The translations under genes were made by a program, and so were the position numbers. This document shows positions 13,036 through 21,882 of a stretch of 64,000 nt of DNA, one piece after another. How positions within the stretch are numbered: the first letter of the stretch is position 1; every line of letters begins with the position of its first letter. This DNA comes from Sulfurovaceae bacterium (GTDB taxonomy: Bacteria; Campylobacterota; Campylobacteria; Campylobacterales; Sulfurovaceae), in NCBI GenBank assembly GCA_028714675.1, contig JAQTLV010000005.1, positions 3,475 through 67,474 on the forward strand. Direction: 5' to 3'. Under the pieces are notes generated by a model. The model was given only the letters and a program-made list of their open reading frames with translations. It was not told the origin of the DNA and made no database searches.

Positions 13036-13707
13036 ATGAGAATATTAATCATAGAAGATGAAGTAACACTAAGCAAAACCCTTTCAGATGGGCTAAAAGA
13101 ATTTGGTTATCAAAATGATATTGCTGAGAACCTAAATGATGGTAGATATTATATAGGTATTAGAACTTATGATCTTGTATTATTAGATTGGATGCTTCCT
13201 GATGGGAATGGCATTGATTTGATAAAAGAGATTAGAGCTACAGCACCAAAAACATCTATTGTTGTATTATCAGCTAGAGATGACAGAGAAAGTGAAATAG
13301 AAGCACTTAAGTCTGGTGCTGATGACTATATCAAAAAACCATTTGATTTTGAAATATTGCTAGTTAGGATTGAAGCTAAATTAAGATTTGGTGGATCAAA
13401 TATACTTGAAATTGGAAACCTAATTATTAACCCTGAAGAGGAAAAAATAATATATAACGGTGAAGAGATTGAGTTAAAAGGTAAACCTTTTGAAGTATTG
13501 ACTCATCTAGCAATGCACAAAGATCAAATAGTTTCAAAAGAGCAGCTTTTAGATGCTATTTGGGAAGAACCAGAACTAGTAACTCCCAATGTTATAGAAG
13601 TTGCAATAAATCAAATCAGACAAAAGATGGATAAGCCTCTTGGAATAACAACAATCGAAACAGTGCGAAGACGAGGCTATAGATTTTGTTTTCCAAAAAA
13701 AGCATAA
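13036..13707 (+). CDS. OmpR/PhoB-family response regulator
   Basis: It has a receiver domain (LVLLDWMLPDGNG) and a winged-helix output domain (TVRRRGYRF). AAGGA lies 7 nt upstream of the ATG at 13036, so I prefer that start to 13030. Confidence 0.9.
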   Translation: MRILIIEDEVTLSKTLSDGLKEFGYQNDIAENLNDGRYYIGIRTYDLVLLDWMLPDGNGIDLIKEIRATAPKTSIVVLSARDDRESEIEALKSGADDYIKKPFDFEILLVRIEAKLRFGGSNILEIGNLIINPEEEKIIYNGEEIELKGKPFEVLTHLAMHKDQIVSKEQLLDAIWEEPELVTPNVIEVAINQIRQKMDKPLGITTIETVRRRGYRFCFPKKA

Positions 13708-14990
13708 GGGTCAATTTCCTCATACAACTTAGCATTGCTATGGCAATGCTATTGATGTTTTTTTCTACAATCATATACACATACATAAACTATACTGTTG
13801 ATAAAAGAATGGATGAGCAATTATTTGAGCATGCAAATTATCTATTTGCAACATATCCAAATTTAGAAAAATCACTTCCATCACAAAAAGAAATTTTAAG
13901 ACAAACTTTAAATATAGATGCCAACATAATAACAACCGATTATAAAGCAAAAATAGAAACTTCTGTTATAAAAACTAAAAATATATATAATCAATATTTT
14001 ATAGAGATACACATACCATACCAAATAGATAGAGATACAAAAACAAAAAAATATCTATCCGTAAAAACAAATGTTACCGAATCCAAAGAACTACAAACTG
14101 GGGTTTACAAAAATATTTTGATTGTAAATATTATAGGCATGGTAATAATAGTAATCTACGCTTATTTTTTAAGTAGTATGTTGTTATCCCCCATAAATAC
14201 CATAAAAATGAAATTATCAAATATGGACGAGCATATGCTTAAAAACATAGACTTATCTTCACTCCCAAATGAATTTTATCCAGTAGCAAAAGCTATAAAT
14301 AGTCTTACTGGCAGAATTAGAAATTATATAAAATACCAAAAAGAACTCTTCATTGGTTCCGCACATGAACTAAAAACTCCACTTGCTGTAATGAAGACAA
14401 AAAATCAAGTGACAATGCTAAAAAAAGATTTATCTACGCAAGATTTAAAAGATGCTATAAAACAAAATATAATATCTATCGATGAAATGAACAAAGCAGT
14501 ATCTTCTATTTTAAATTTTGGTCGTCAAGAGGGAGCTCATTTAGAAGAGCCTCAAAATATTGATGTTATAGAGTTCTTGAAAAATAAAATGGAAGGTTTT
14601 AAACTTTTAGCCGAGAGCCAAAAGAAGAATTTTAAATACGACATCAAGCCAGAAAACTTAAATCTCAATATACAACCATTGCTCCTAAATCAAATTATCC
14701 AAAATTTTCTTCAAAATGCTTTTAAATTTACCCCAAAAAATCACAATATTTGGTTTAATACAAAACTTAAAAAAGACAATTTTATTATAGAAGTAATTGA
14801 TGAAGGAATTGGCATCAATGAAGAAAAAGATTTGTTTGCACCATTTGTTAGATCAAAAGAATCTAGTGGGGTTGGGTTGGGACTTTTCCTAGCCAAAAGT
14901 GCCGCAGAAGCCTTGGATGCAAACATAACTTTAAAGAATAGAAACGATGCAAAAGGAACAATAGCAACACTAATTTTGCATATCAAATAA
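13686..14990 (+). CDS. sensor histidine kinase
   Basis: 434-aa ORF with two predicted TM segments, the H-box SAHELKTPLA and ATP-binding boxes DEGIGI and GVGLGLFLAK. The TTG start overlaps the regulator gene by 22 nt. Confidence 0.88.
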   Translation: MFSKKSIRVNFLIQLSIAMAMLLMFFSTIIYTYINYTVDKRMDEQLFEHANYLFATYPNLEKSLPSQKEILRQTLNIDANIITTDYKAKIETSVIKTKNIYNQYFIEIHIPYQIDRDTKTKKYLSVKTNVTESKELQTGVYKNILIVNIIGMVIIVIYAYFLSSMLLSPINTIKMKLSNMDEHMLKNIDLSSLPNEFYPVAKAINSLTGRIRNYIKYQKELFIGSAHELKTPLAVMKTKNQVTMLKKDLSTQDLKDAIKQNIISIDEMNKAVSSILNFGRQEGAHLEEPQNIDVIEFLKNKMEGFKLLAESQKKNFKYDIKPENLNLNIQPLLLNQIIQNFLQNAFKFTPKNHNIWFNTKLKKDNFIIEVIDEGIGINEEKDLFAPFVRSKESSGVGLGLFLAKSAAEALDANITLKNRNDAKGTIATLILHIK

Positions 14991-15078
14991 AGAAAAATAA
15001 AAAATTAAATACATTTTAAATAAACAATAAGCTTTAATGGGTTATAACTCTTTAAATTTTTAAAAAGGAAAACAAAAA

Positions 15079-15330
15079 ATGGCTTTACTTATAGGTGATG
15101 AATGTATAGCATGTGACGCATGTCGCGAAGAGTGTCCAAATGAAGCAATTGAAGAAAATGAACCAGCATATTTTATAGATCCTGATCGTTGCACAGAATG
15201 TGTTGGATACTATGACGAGCCATCTTGTATCGCTGTTTGCCCTGTTGATTGTATTATACCAGATCCAAACAATGTAGAAAACACAGATGAATTGATGTTT
15301 AAATACGAGCAGTTACAAAACGAATATTAA
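15079..15330 (+). CDS. YfhL-type 2x[4Fe-4S] ferredoxin
   Basis: 83-aa ORF with two clusters: CIACDACREECP and CTECVG...CIAVCP. Confidence 0.88.
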   Translation: MALLIGDECIACDACREECPNEAIEENEPAYFIDPDRCTECVGYYDEPSCIAVCPVDCIIPDPNNVENTDELMFKYEQLQNEY

Positions 15331-15332
15331 AA

Positions 15333-16814
15333 ATGTCAAAACGAACCGCAATTATAGATATAGGTTCCAATTCTGCTAGACTTGTAATATATGAACAAAG
15401 TAGCAGATATGGCTTTAGGCTTATTTGCGAACAAAAGAGTAAAGTTAGAATTGGAGAAGGCGCTTATAACAATGGTGGTTTCCTTCAACCAATAGGGATA
15501 GAAAGAGCCTACAATGCCCTTAATTCCTTTAAACAAACTATAGAAAACTACAAAGCCCACAAAACAATCTGCGTTGCCACATCGGCTCTTAGAGACGCTC
15601 CAAACTCAAAAGAATTTATACAAATGATAAAACAAAATCTTAATCTAAGCATTAAGGTTATAGATGGAAAAAAAGAAGCCTTTTATGGTGGCATAGCGGT
15701 ACTAAATCTTTTAACAAAAAAAGATGTTATCACTGTTGATATTGGAGGAGGATCCTCTGATATTACGCTTATTAGAAATGGTAAATTAGAAGATGCATTC
15801 TCTGTAAATATTGGTACCGTAAGGCTCAAGGAGTTATTTTTTGATAATAATAGCTCAATCAAAGATGCTAAAGAATTTATACAAAACGAACTTTCACTGT
15901 TACCAAAAAATTTTCAACTTGACACAATAGTAGCAATTGGTGGGAGTGCTAGAACTATTGCAGATATTATTATAAAAACATCAGACTATCCACTAAATAA
16001 ACTACATGCTTTCAAGTATGAATTAAAAGAATATAACGATTTGCTAAGTCGTATTGTATCAAGTGACATAAAAGACTTATATAATTTTGAAATTAGTCAA
16101 GATAGACATGATACTATAAGAGAAGGTATTTTGATATTTTTAGAAATTGCCAAATATATAGGAGCTAGACAAGTTATAACAAGTGGCGTTGGTGTGAGAG
16201 AGGGTGTATTTTTAACTAGTTTTTTAAAAAAATCAAATTTACAATTTCCAAATAATATAAATCCTAGCATACAAAATATACTTGATAGATTTGACTCTTG
16301 CCAAGGAAGCAAATTTGATAGCAAAAAAAGACAAACTATTAAAAAATTGGTAGAAATTTTCAGTTCAAACTTTGAAATTAAAAAAATATTTTTATTTGAA
16401 CTCCAAAGTGCAATCACAATGAGTGAGATAGGTAAGAACCTAACTATATATAAAGCTCACAAACACTCCTTTTATATAGCTCTGCAAGAGCTTAATTATG
16501 GTTTTACACACAAGCAAATGATTCTCATAGCCATGCTTCTCAAAGCTGGTAAAAAGGCGAAATTAAAAAAATATCTATATAAGAGATATAAATCTATCTT
16601 ACCAAATAAAATCACCCTAAAATGGCATCTGTTTCTATACTCTCTAACGCTCTGTATTTTCGAGTTTTCGAATGATACAAAAATATCTTTTTATTTTGAA
16701 AACAATACTCTTTATATCAAATCAGACCAATCTTTGTATCTACTAAAAGAAAGACTTGAAGAGATAGAAAAACCTGCAGATTTTTCTATAGAAGTGATTG
16801 ATAGCAAGGCATAA
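15333..16814 (+). CDS. ppx: Ppx/GppA family exopolyphosphatase / guanosine pentaphosphate phosphohydrolase
   Basis: 493-aa ORF with the ASKHA motifs IDIGSNSARLV and DIGGGSSD and a C-terminal helical extension. Confidence 0.85.
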   Translation: MSKRTAIIDIGSNSARLVIYEQSSRYGFRLICEQKSKVRIGEGAYNNGGFLQPIGIERAYNALNSFKQTIENYKAHKTICVATSALRDAPNSKEFIQMIKQNLNLSIKVIDGKKEAFYGGIAVLNLLTKKDVITVDIGGGSSDITLIRNGKLEDAFSVNIGTVRLKELFFDNNSSIKDAKEFIQNELSLLPKNFQLDTIVAIGGSARTIADIIIKTSDYPLNKLHAFKYELKEYNDLLSRIVSSDIKDLYNFEISQDRHDTIREGILIFLEIAKYIGARQVITSGVGVREGVFLTSFLKKSNLQFPNNINPSIQNILDRFDSCQGSKFDSKKRQTIKKLVEIFSSNFEIKKIFLFELQSAITMSEIGKNLTIYKAHKHSFYIALQELNYGFTHKQMILIAMLLKAGKKAKLKKYLYKRYKSILPNKITLKWHLFLYSLTLCIFEFSNDTKISFYFENNTLYIKSDQSLYLLKERLEEIEKPADFSIEVIDSKA

Positions 16815-16827
16815 TTAGACTCAGCTT

Positions 16828-17289
16828 CTAATCCTTTTTATTTATACATTCAATTAAGGCTTTGGAAAAATCTTCCAATGCTATATCTGCACCTAAATCC
16901 ATCATAAAAATACCAGTTGCATTTATGCTTATCCATGCATAGGTATCTTCATAATGCACTCGTACTCTTTTACCTATTCGATTTGGAACACCAAATTCAC
17001 CAGTTTCAAATAGTCTTTTACTGAAATCTTTTTTTGTGATATTTTTATCCCAATTTCCTCTACGCCATCCTTCTTCAGTATCAGGTTGAAAATTTTTCAT
17101 ATCACTAACACTATGCAAGGCATATTCAAAACATTGAAACTCTTTTTCCTTGTTATGAGACTTGATGTCAAACTTTCCACTAGCTCTTGGCTCAAATATA
17201 ACTATCAGTGCCTCTGGAAATCTATCGTATTTTGTAAATACAAAAATAATCAACAACCCTATCAGTATCCACTTTAATGCTTTTTTCAC
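16828..17289 (-). CDS. hypothetical exported/membrane-anchored protein (immunity-like module 3)
   Basis: It starts (M)KKALKWILIGLLIIFVF. The 5' end and RBS (AAAGGAGAATTGGTGAAAAAAGCATTAAAGTGGATA) match those of the 18154..18690 gene at 36 of 37 nt. A GTG start at 17289 is inferred from that paralog. Confidence 0.55.
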   Translation of the reverse strand: MKKALKWILIGLLIIFVFTKYDRFPEALIVIFEPRASGKFDIKSHNKEKEFQCFEYALHSVSDMKNFQPDTEEGWRRGNWDKNITKKDFSKRLFETGEFGVPNRIGKRVRVHYEDTYAWISINATGIFMMDLGADIALEDFSKALIECINKKD

Positions 17290-17326
17290 CAATTCTCCTT
17301 TTATATTATTTTGGGTCTGGTATCAT
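17266..17326 (-). repeat. composite inter-module junction repeat (copy A)
   Basis: 17291-17326 matches 17900-17935 at 34 of 36 nt. 17266-17302 matches 18667-18703 at 36 of 37 nt. Confidence 0.85.
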
Positions 17327-17466
17327 CATGAATTGCCACTACCATATAAACCAGTTTGTTCTGGAGCGAAACCATAGCCGTGTTCTATTCCAGTCGCATC
17401 GGTAATAACTAAAAATGTGTGGAGAATCCCTATTACATCCTGTCTAATTTCAACATTATAATTCAT
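17326..17466 (-). pseudogene. 46-codon ORF, probable decayed toxin-gene remnant
   Basis: The ATG at 17466 overlaps the TGA of the upstream 144-aa gene (ATGA). The translation is MNYNVEIRQDVIGILHTFLVITDATGIEHGYGFAPEQTGLYGSGNS. A different frame at its 3' end reads ...HDDTRPKII-stop, matching the YDTRHKII-stop tail of the 17910..18107 ORF. Confidence 0.3.
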
Positions 17467-17897
17467 TTGTTTATCCTTATAAGTTTAATTTCAAAAATTG
17501 GTTTTTCAATGATGAGCTGATATACTATTCCTTTATCTAAGGCTTCTTTATGAGTTTCTTTAAAGGCTTTGTAAATTATTGTTACATCTTGATGTTGATT
17601 AATATATTCTTTTTTTATGATATCAAAAATCTCTTGGAGCATTTTTTTATCTATTATCCCATATGAAGTAATAGAAACATTATTAAATGATGAGTCCCAA
17701 AAGATAATTTCTTTTTTGCTACAATTATTTTGTCTGTACCCTTGTTTGCTAATACTTATAATTTCACAAAATTTATTTTTTATTAATACATTTTCGATAT
17801 CAGATACTATTTTTATAGCACTTTTGTAATATTTTCCACTTGATCCAGCAAATAAAAATATTGAAACCAAAACTATTACTAAAAATATATTCCTCAT
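17463..17897 (-). CDS. hypothetical secreted protein (immunity-like module 2)
   Basis: 144-aa ORF with an N-terminal signal-peptide-like segment (MRNIFLVIVLVSIFLFAGSS). I recognise no family. Confidence 0.55.
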   Translation of the reverse strand: MRNIFLVIVLVSIFLFAGSSGKYYKSAIKIVSDIENVLIKNKFCEIISISKQGYRQNNCSKKEIIFWDSSFNNVSITSYGIIDKKMLQEIFDIIKKEYINQHQDVTIIYKAFKETHKEALDKGIVYQLIIEKPIFEIKLIRINK

Positions 17898-17899
17898 AC

Positions 17900-17935
17900 A
17901 ATTCTACTTTTATATTATTTTGTGTCTGGTATCAT
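17900..17935 (-). repeat. inter-module junction repeat (copy B)
   Basis: aattctacttttatattattttgtgtctggtatcat compared with copy A aattctccttttatattattttgggtctggtatcat. Confidence 0.85.
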
Positions 17936-18107
17936 AATTACTTGCAATTGACCAATTTTTGTTTATTGTTATTTTGCTATAATCCATACTATCGCCAAAA
18001 TATGGTCTTAGCATTGCTATTTCACCAGCAGTTAATCCTCTACTTCCATCACTTGAAATAGGTTCTCTTACATCAATTGTGCCTAAATCTATTATATTAT
18101 TTGCCAT
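17910..18107 (-). pseudogene. truncated DUF4157-like (polymorphic-toxin N-terminal metallopeptidase-like) fragment
   Basis: 65-aa ORF. LTAGEIAMLRPYFGDSMDYSKITINK parallels LTNNEIDMLKPIFSNSINYSIVKIFK of the intact HExxH protein at 22726..23259. This ORF stops before any HExxH motif. Confidence 0.5.
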
Positions 18108-18153
18108 TATTTCTCTTTCTGATAATTAAAATTTGAAACCATTTATTATATAT

Positions 18154-18690
18154 TCATGAACCACGATACTTGACAATTACATCATATTTACCAGTAGATG
18201 GATTTTTTTTAAATAAAATTGTAACTATAATATTTAACATATCTTCCCATTTCTGATTTCTAAAATTATTGCCTTTATATGCTTTGAAACTAAAATGATA
18301 CACTCCCATAGGATCTAACGGCATTGCTTTGTAAAATTTATCCGTACTCAAATTTGTACCATACGGTATGCAATTTTTCATTCCGACAATTGATGATAGC
18401 TTTATTCTCTCTCGAAATATTTTTGTATCATTTGATATATGCCAAAAATTGCTATCATAGATTTTCCATAAACTATTTTGATTATTTTTTGTGCTTTCAA
18501 CCATAATTGCCGTCAAATAATAATTATCAACACCATGAAAATCATCTATATAAAAACATAACTCTTTATTTGCATTGATGGTTACTCTCAAATCTTTTCT
18601 TGGACCGCCTGGTATTTTATCTCCAAAGCACCCACTCAAAAATGATATTGCCAATAATCCGATTATTATCCACTTTAATGCTTTTTTCAC
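18154..18690 (-). CDS. hypothetical lipoprotein (immunity-like module 1)
   Basis: 178-aa ORF with a GTG start, a signal peptide and a lipobox (LLAISFLSGC). Its N-terminus and RBS are shared with the 16828..17289 gene. Confidence 0.6.
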   Translation of the reverse strand: MKKALKWIIIGLLAISFLSGCFGDKIPGGPRKDLRVTINANKELCFYIDDFHGVDNYYLTAIMVESTKNNQNSLWKIYDSNFWHISNDTKIFRERIKLSSIVGMKNCIPYGTNLSTDKFYKAMPLDPMGVYHFSFKAYKGNNFRNQKWEDMLNIIVTILFKKNPSTGKYDVIVKYRGS

Positions 18691-18703
18691 TAATTCTCCT
18701 TTT
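18667..18703 (-). repeat. inter-module junction repeat (copy C)
   Basis: tatccactttaatgcttttttcactaattctcctttt compared with copy A, with one mismatch. Confidence 0.85.
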
Positions 18704-18750
18704 TATGTAAACATTTTACAAGTAGCAGCGATAAATTATCTACTGACATT

Positions 18751-19296
18751 TTACTCCTCTTGTTTATTGCTTGATTGCAATATTTTATAAACTTCACTTA
18801 TAAATAATGAGGCTATGAAAGAAATGTAACTTATTTCTAAGATTGCAAAAACTCCAATTCCAATGTCATTTTGTATAGCTTTATATGCCAAATTTCCTAA
18901 ATGAGATTTTTTAGGAAATGCGATTGTTCCATGAAAAAAACTTGACTCAAGATATAAACCTATCCAAAACTCATTTAGTAGCATTATGCTTAAAAATGTT
19001 ATTATTTTAGCTCTAGAATCATTAGAAAATATCCAATTGCTTTGAAGAATCCATAATAAAACTATAAGGGGCACCAATACCCATACTAATGATATTTCAA
19101 AAGCAACCGTTTGTGGCAACTGACTCACACTTGACATGACGCCAATACCTGGTATTATTGCTGACATTGATTTTATTAAAACTTGACACAACTCACACGA
19201 TGCTATCATGCTTTCCGTTGTAACCAATGGCACAACAAATAAAATAGCTAATATTGTATATATTGCAATATCATATTTGCTTTTTACTTCCTTCAT
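18751..19296 (-). CDS. hypothetical polytopic membrane protein
   Basis: 181-aa ORF with about 5 hydrophobic segments. It has its own AAAGGAGAG RBS and an upstream TGtATAAT box. Confidence 0.6.
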   Translation of the reverse strand: MKEVKSKYDIAIYTILAILFVVPLVTTESMIASCELCQVLIKSMSAIIPGIGVMSSVSQLPQTVAFEISLVWVLVPLIVLLWILQSNWIFSNDSRAKIITFLSIMLLNEFWIGLYLESSFFHGTIAFPKKSHLGNLAYKAIQNDIGIGVFAILEISYISFIASLFISEVYKILQSSNKQEE

Positions 19297-19328
19297 GCAC
19301 TCTCCTTTAAAAATTTAATTTTATAATA

Positions 19329-19336
19329 ATTATACA
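19329..19336 (-). promoter_or_regulatory. extended -10 box (TGtATAAT) upstream of the 181-aa membrane protein gene
   Basis: The reverse complement of attataca is TGTATAAT. It lies about 30 nt upstream of the RBS/ATG at 19296. Confidence 0.4.
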
Positions 19337-19435
19337 GTGCAACTATTCTATTTGCAACATATTATGTCAGTTAAATATTTTATATAATTTTTAAAATGAA
19401 TAGAAGAAATGGTCGTAAAAGATAAGTGGAGATGG

Positions 19436-19455
19436 ATTCCTGCTTTCGCAGGAAT
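19436..19455 (-). terminator. perfect 8-bp palindrome just after the bamA stop (terminator-like / REP-like element)
   Basis: attcctgc-tttc-gcaggaat. There is no clear U-run after it on the transcribed strand. Confidence 0.5.
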
Positions 19456-19474
19456 GACCAAGGGAGAAACCAAT

Positions 19475-21760
19475 TTAGAACTTTGTTCCCATAGTAAATT
19501 CGAAGCTTGAAGTTTTATCTCCAGCTTCAGGATTTATTGCTTTCGAAAAAATAAAATTAATTGGTCCAAATGGCGAGAACCATTCCAAAGATGCACCAGC
19601 AGAACTTCTACTTTCATTGGAAAAACTTTGATTATAATAATCATCACTACCTATAATACCCCAATCAGCAAAAAATGCTAAACGAATTTTTGCCTCTTCG
19701 GAAATCGGAATACTTGCTTCTACAGTATTTGAAAATGTCCAAGTTCCACCAACTTTTCCAACACCAGTAACCTCTGGAGAAATAGACCATGAGTCATAAC
19801 CTCTAACACTTCCAACACCACCTAAGTACAATCTTTCTGCGGCAGGTAAATATCCATTTGAATTCAACCAAGAACCTCTTGCTTTGTATCTCAAAATCAA
19901 ATCATAATCTATCAAATCTTGTAAACCATAATATGCACCAAGTTTTGCATTCAGTTTTACAAAATCGCTAAAATCTGTATAATTGTATGGTGTTGAAGAT
20001 GCCGTTGCATTCGGAGTTCCATCAAGTTGTGCTATTTCTCCATTTAAACTCAAAATAAAACCACTTCTTGGCACATAGTAATCATCTGTATTGTCAAATT
20101 TTATGCCTGCAACTCCAGAAAGTTTTTGATATTTATCATCATAAAAATGTGCATAAGGATCAGCTGGATCAAGTGCTTTTAATACTTTGGATTGATTATC
20201 TGCATAGGCTATTCCTGCGGATGCATAAAAGTTTCTCATAAATTCTCTACCAACAGTTAGGGATGCACCAGTTTGATCTAGCGAATAGTCTGTATAATCA
20301 TATTTTTTCTTATGAACATCCAAAGATACACTATACAAAGAGTCCCAGACTCTTGGATTTGTAAATTGCAAATTAAAATCTGTAGATATTTTTGATAAAT
20401 CTGCTCCTATACTAGCACTTATACCAGTCCCAAATAGATTTCTATCAGAAACACTTGCTTCTAGCATGGCGCCTTCATAACTACTATATCCTCCGCCTAT
20501 CGCAAACGATCCAGTTGGAGCTTCTTTTACATTTACAAGTAAATTCATCGAATTATCATCAAGTTTTTGAGGTGTAAGATCATATTTTTCAAAAAATCCT
20601 GTTCTTCCGATTGCATTTTTGCTGTCTTTTAAATCTGTTTGGCTGTATGTATCGCCAGGAGCTAAATATATATATCTTCTTATAACACTATCTTTTGTTT
20701 CAGTATTCCCAGAGATAAGCACATCATTGATTGTAACTTTAGATCCTGGAGTTATATTGTATTGAATATTGACTATGCCATTTGCTTCGTCTTTATTGAT
20801 TACTGGCTCAACCGTAGCATATGCATACCCCAAGTTTGCTGTTTGCTCTTGGAGATATTGCATATCTTGTCTTAGTTTGCCTACATCAAAATATTTTCCT
20901 TTTTTCAACTTAGGATCATCTTTTAGATTCTCTGCTAGACCTTCTATGTTTTGATTTATAACAACATCGCCAACTTTATATCTCATACCTTCTTCTATTT
21001 GTATTTCTATTTTGGCATTATTTTGTCCATCAACTTGCAATAAAGGTTTGCTCACCCTAGCATCTATATAACCCTCTTTTGCATAAGCATCTTTAATTCT
21101 AAATGCATCTTTTTCAAGTTCTCCCAAATAAGCTGTGCCTCTATCCAAAAACGGAATCCAACCAAACCAGCCCTCTTCTTTATTTGCCATAGCTGATTCT
21201 AAATCAGAATCACTCAATGCATTATTTCCTATAAATTTAATCTCAGTGATTTTTATTTTGTCGCCTTTTTTTACATCAAAAATCAAAGATACACCATCTT
21301 CTCCAACTGTTTTTGTTTGTATATCAACAGTAGCATCATATACACCTTCGCTAGCTAACTTAGCTTGAAAAACACTTTTTGCTTTTTGCATTTTAGCATC
21401 ATCATATAATTCTCCTCTTTTTAGCCCCATCGCTTCAATTAATTGCTTATTTGAATCTTCTGAGCCATATCCATTTATTTCCACATTTGCAATAGCTGGT
21501 TTTTCAATAAAATGGAAAACAACAACTCCACCATTTTTTGTTTCAACTGTCACGTCTTTAAAATAACCTTGAGACATTATATTTTTAACGCCTGCATCAA
21601 GTGAACTTTTTGATAAATTTTCACCAACTTTTACTCCACTAATCTCATTAATAGCACTGGGGGATAAACTATGAAGTCCATCATATTCTATTTTTGTAAT
21701 ATTTTGGGCAAATAAGAATGCACCAAAAGATATCCAGACCAAAGAAGTTTTTTTCAACAT
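19475..21760 (-). CDS. bamA: outer membrane protein assembly factor BamA
   Basis: 761-aa ORF with a signal peptide, repeated POTRA-like N-terminal modules, and a C-terminal beta-barrel ending in ...FEFTMGTKF (terminal aromatic residue). Confidence 0.92.
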   Translation of the reverse strand: MLKKTSLVWISFGAFLFAQNITKIEYDGLHSLSPSAINEISGVKVGENLSKSSLDAGVKNIMSQGYFKDVTVETKNGGVVVFHFIEKPAIANVEINGYGSEDSNKQLIEAMGLKRGELYDDAKMQKAKSVFQAKLASEGVYDATVDIQTKTVGEDGVSLIFDVKKGDKIKITEIKFIGNNALSDSDLESAMANKEEGWFGWIPFLDRGTAYLGELEKDAFRIKDAYAKEGYIDARVSKPLLQVDGQNNAKIEIQIEEGMRYKVGDVVINQNIEGLAENLKDDPKLKKGKYFDVGKLRQDMQYLQEQTANLGYAYATVEPVINKDEANGIVNIQYNITPGSKVTINDVLISGNTETKDSVIRRYIYLAPGDTYSQTDLKDSKNAIGRTGFFEKYDLTPQKLDDNSMNLLVNVKEAPTGSFAIGGGYSSYEGAMLEASVSDRNLFGTGISASIGADLSKISTDFNLQFTNPRVWDSLYSVSLDVHKKKYDYTDYSLDQTGASLTVGREFMRNFYASAGIAYADNQSKVLKALDPADPYAHFYDDKYQKLSGVAGIKFDNTDDYYVPRSGFILSLNGEIAQLDGTPNATASSTPYNYTDFSDFVKLNAKLGAYYGLQDLIDYDLILRYKARGSWLNSNGYLPAAERLYLGGVGSVRGYDSWSISPEVTGVGKVGGTWTFSNTVEASIPISEEAKIRLAFFADWGIIGSDDYYNQSFSNESRSSAGASLEWFSPFGPINFIFSKAINPEAGDKTSSFEFTMGTKF

Positions 21761-21882
21761 GTACTAGCCTTTTATTTTTATATATTAATGTATAAGTTTA
21801 TCTTTTTTTAGCTAACAAATGATTAATAAATTTTATTTTTTTAGCCTTATGCTATAATTTGGAAATTTTTTAAAGGCAATAC

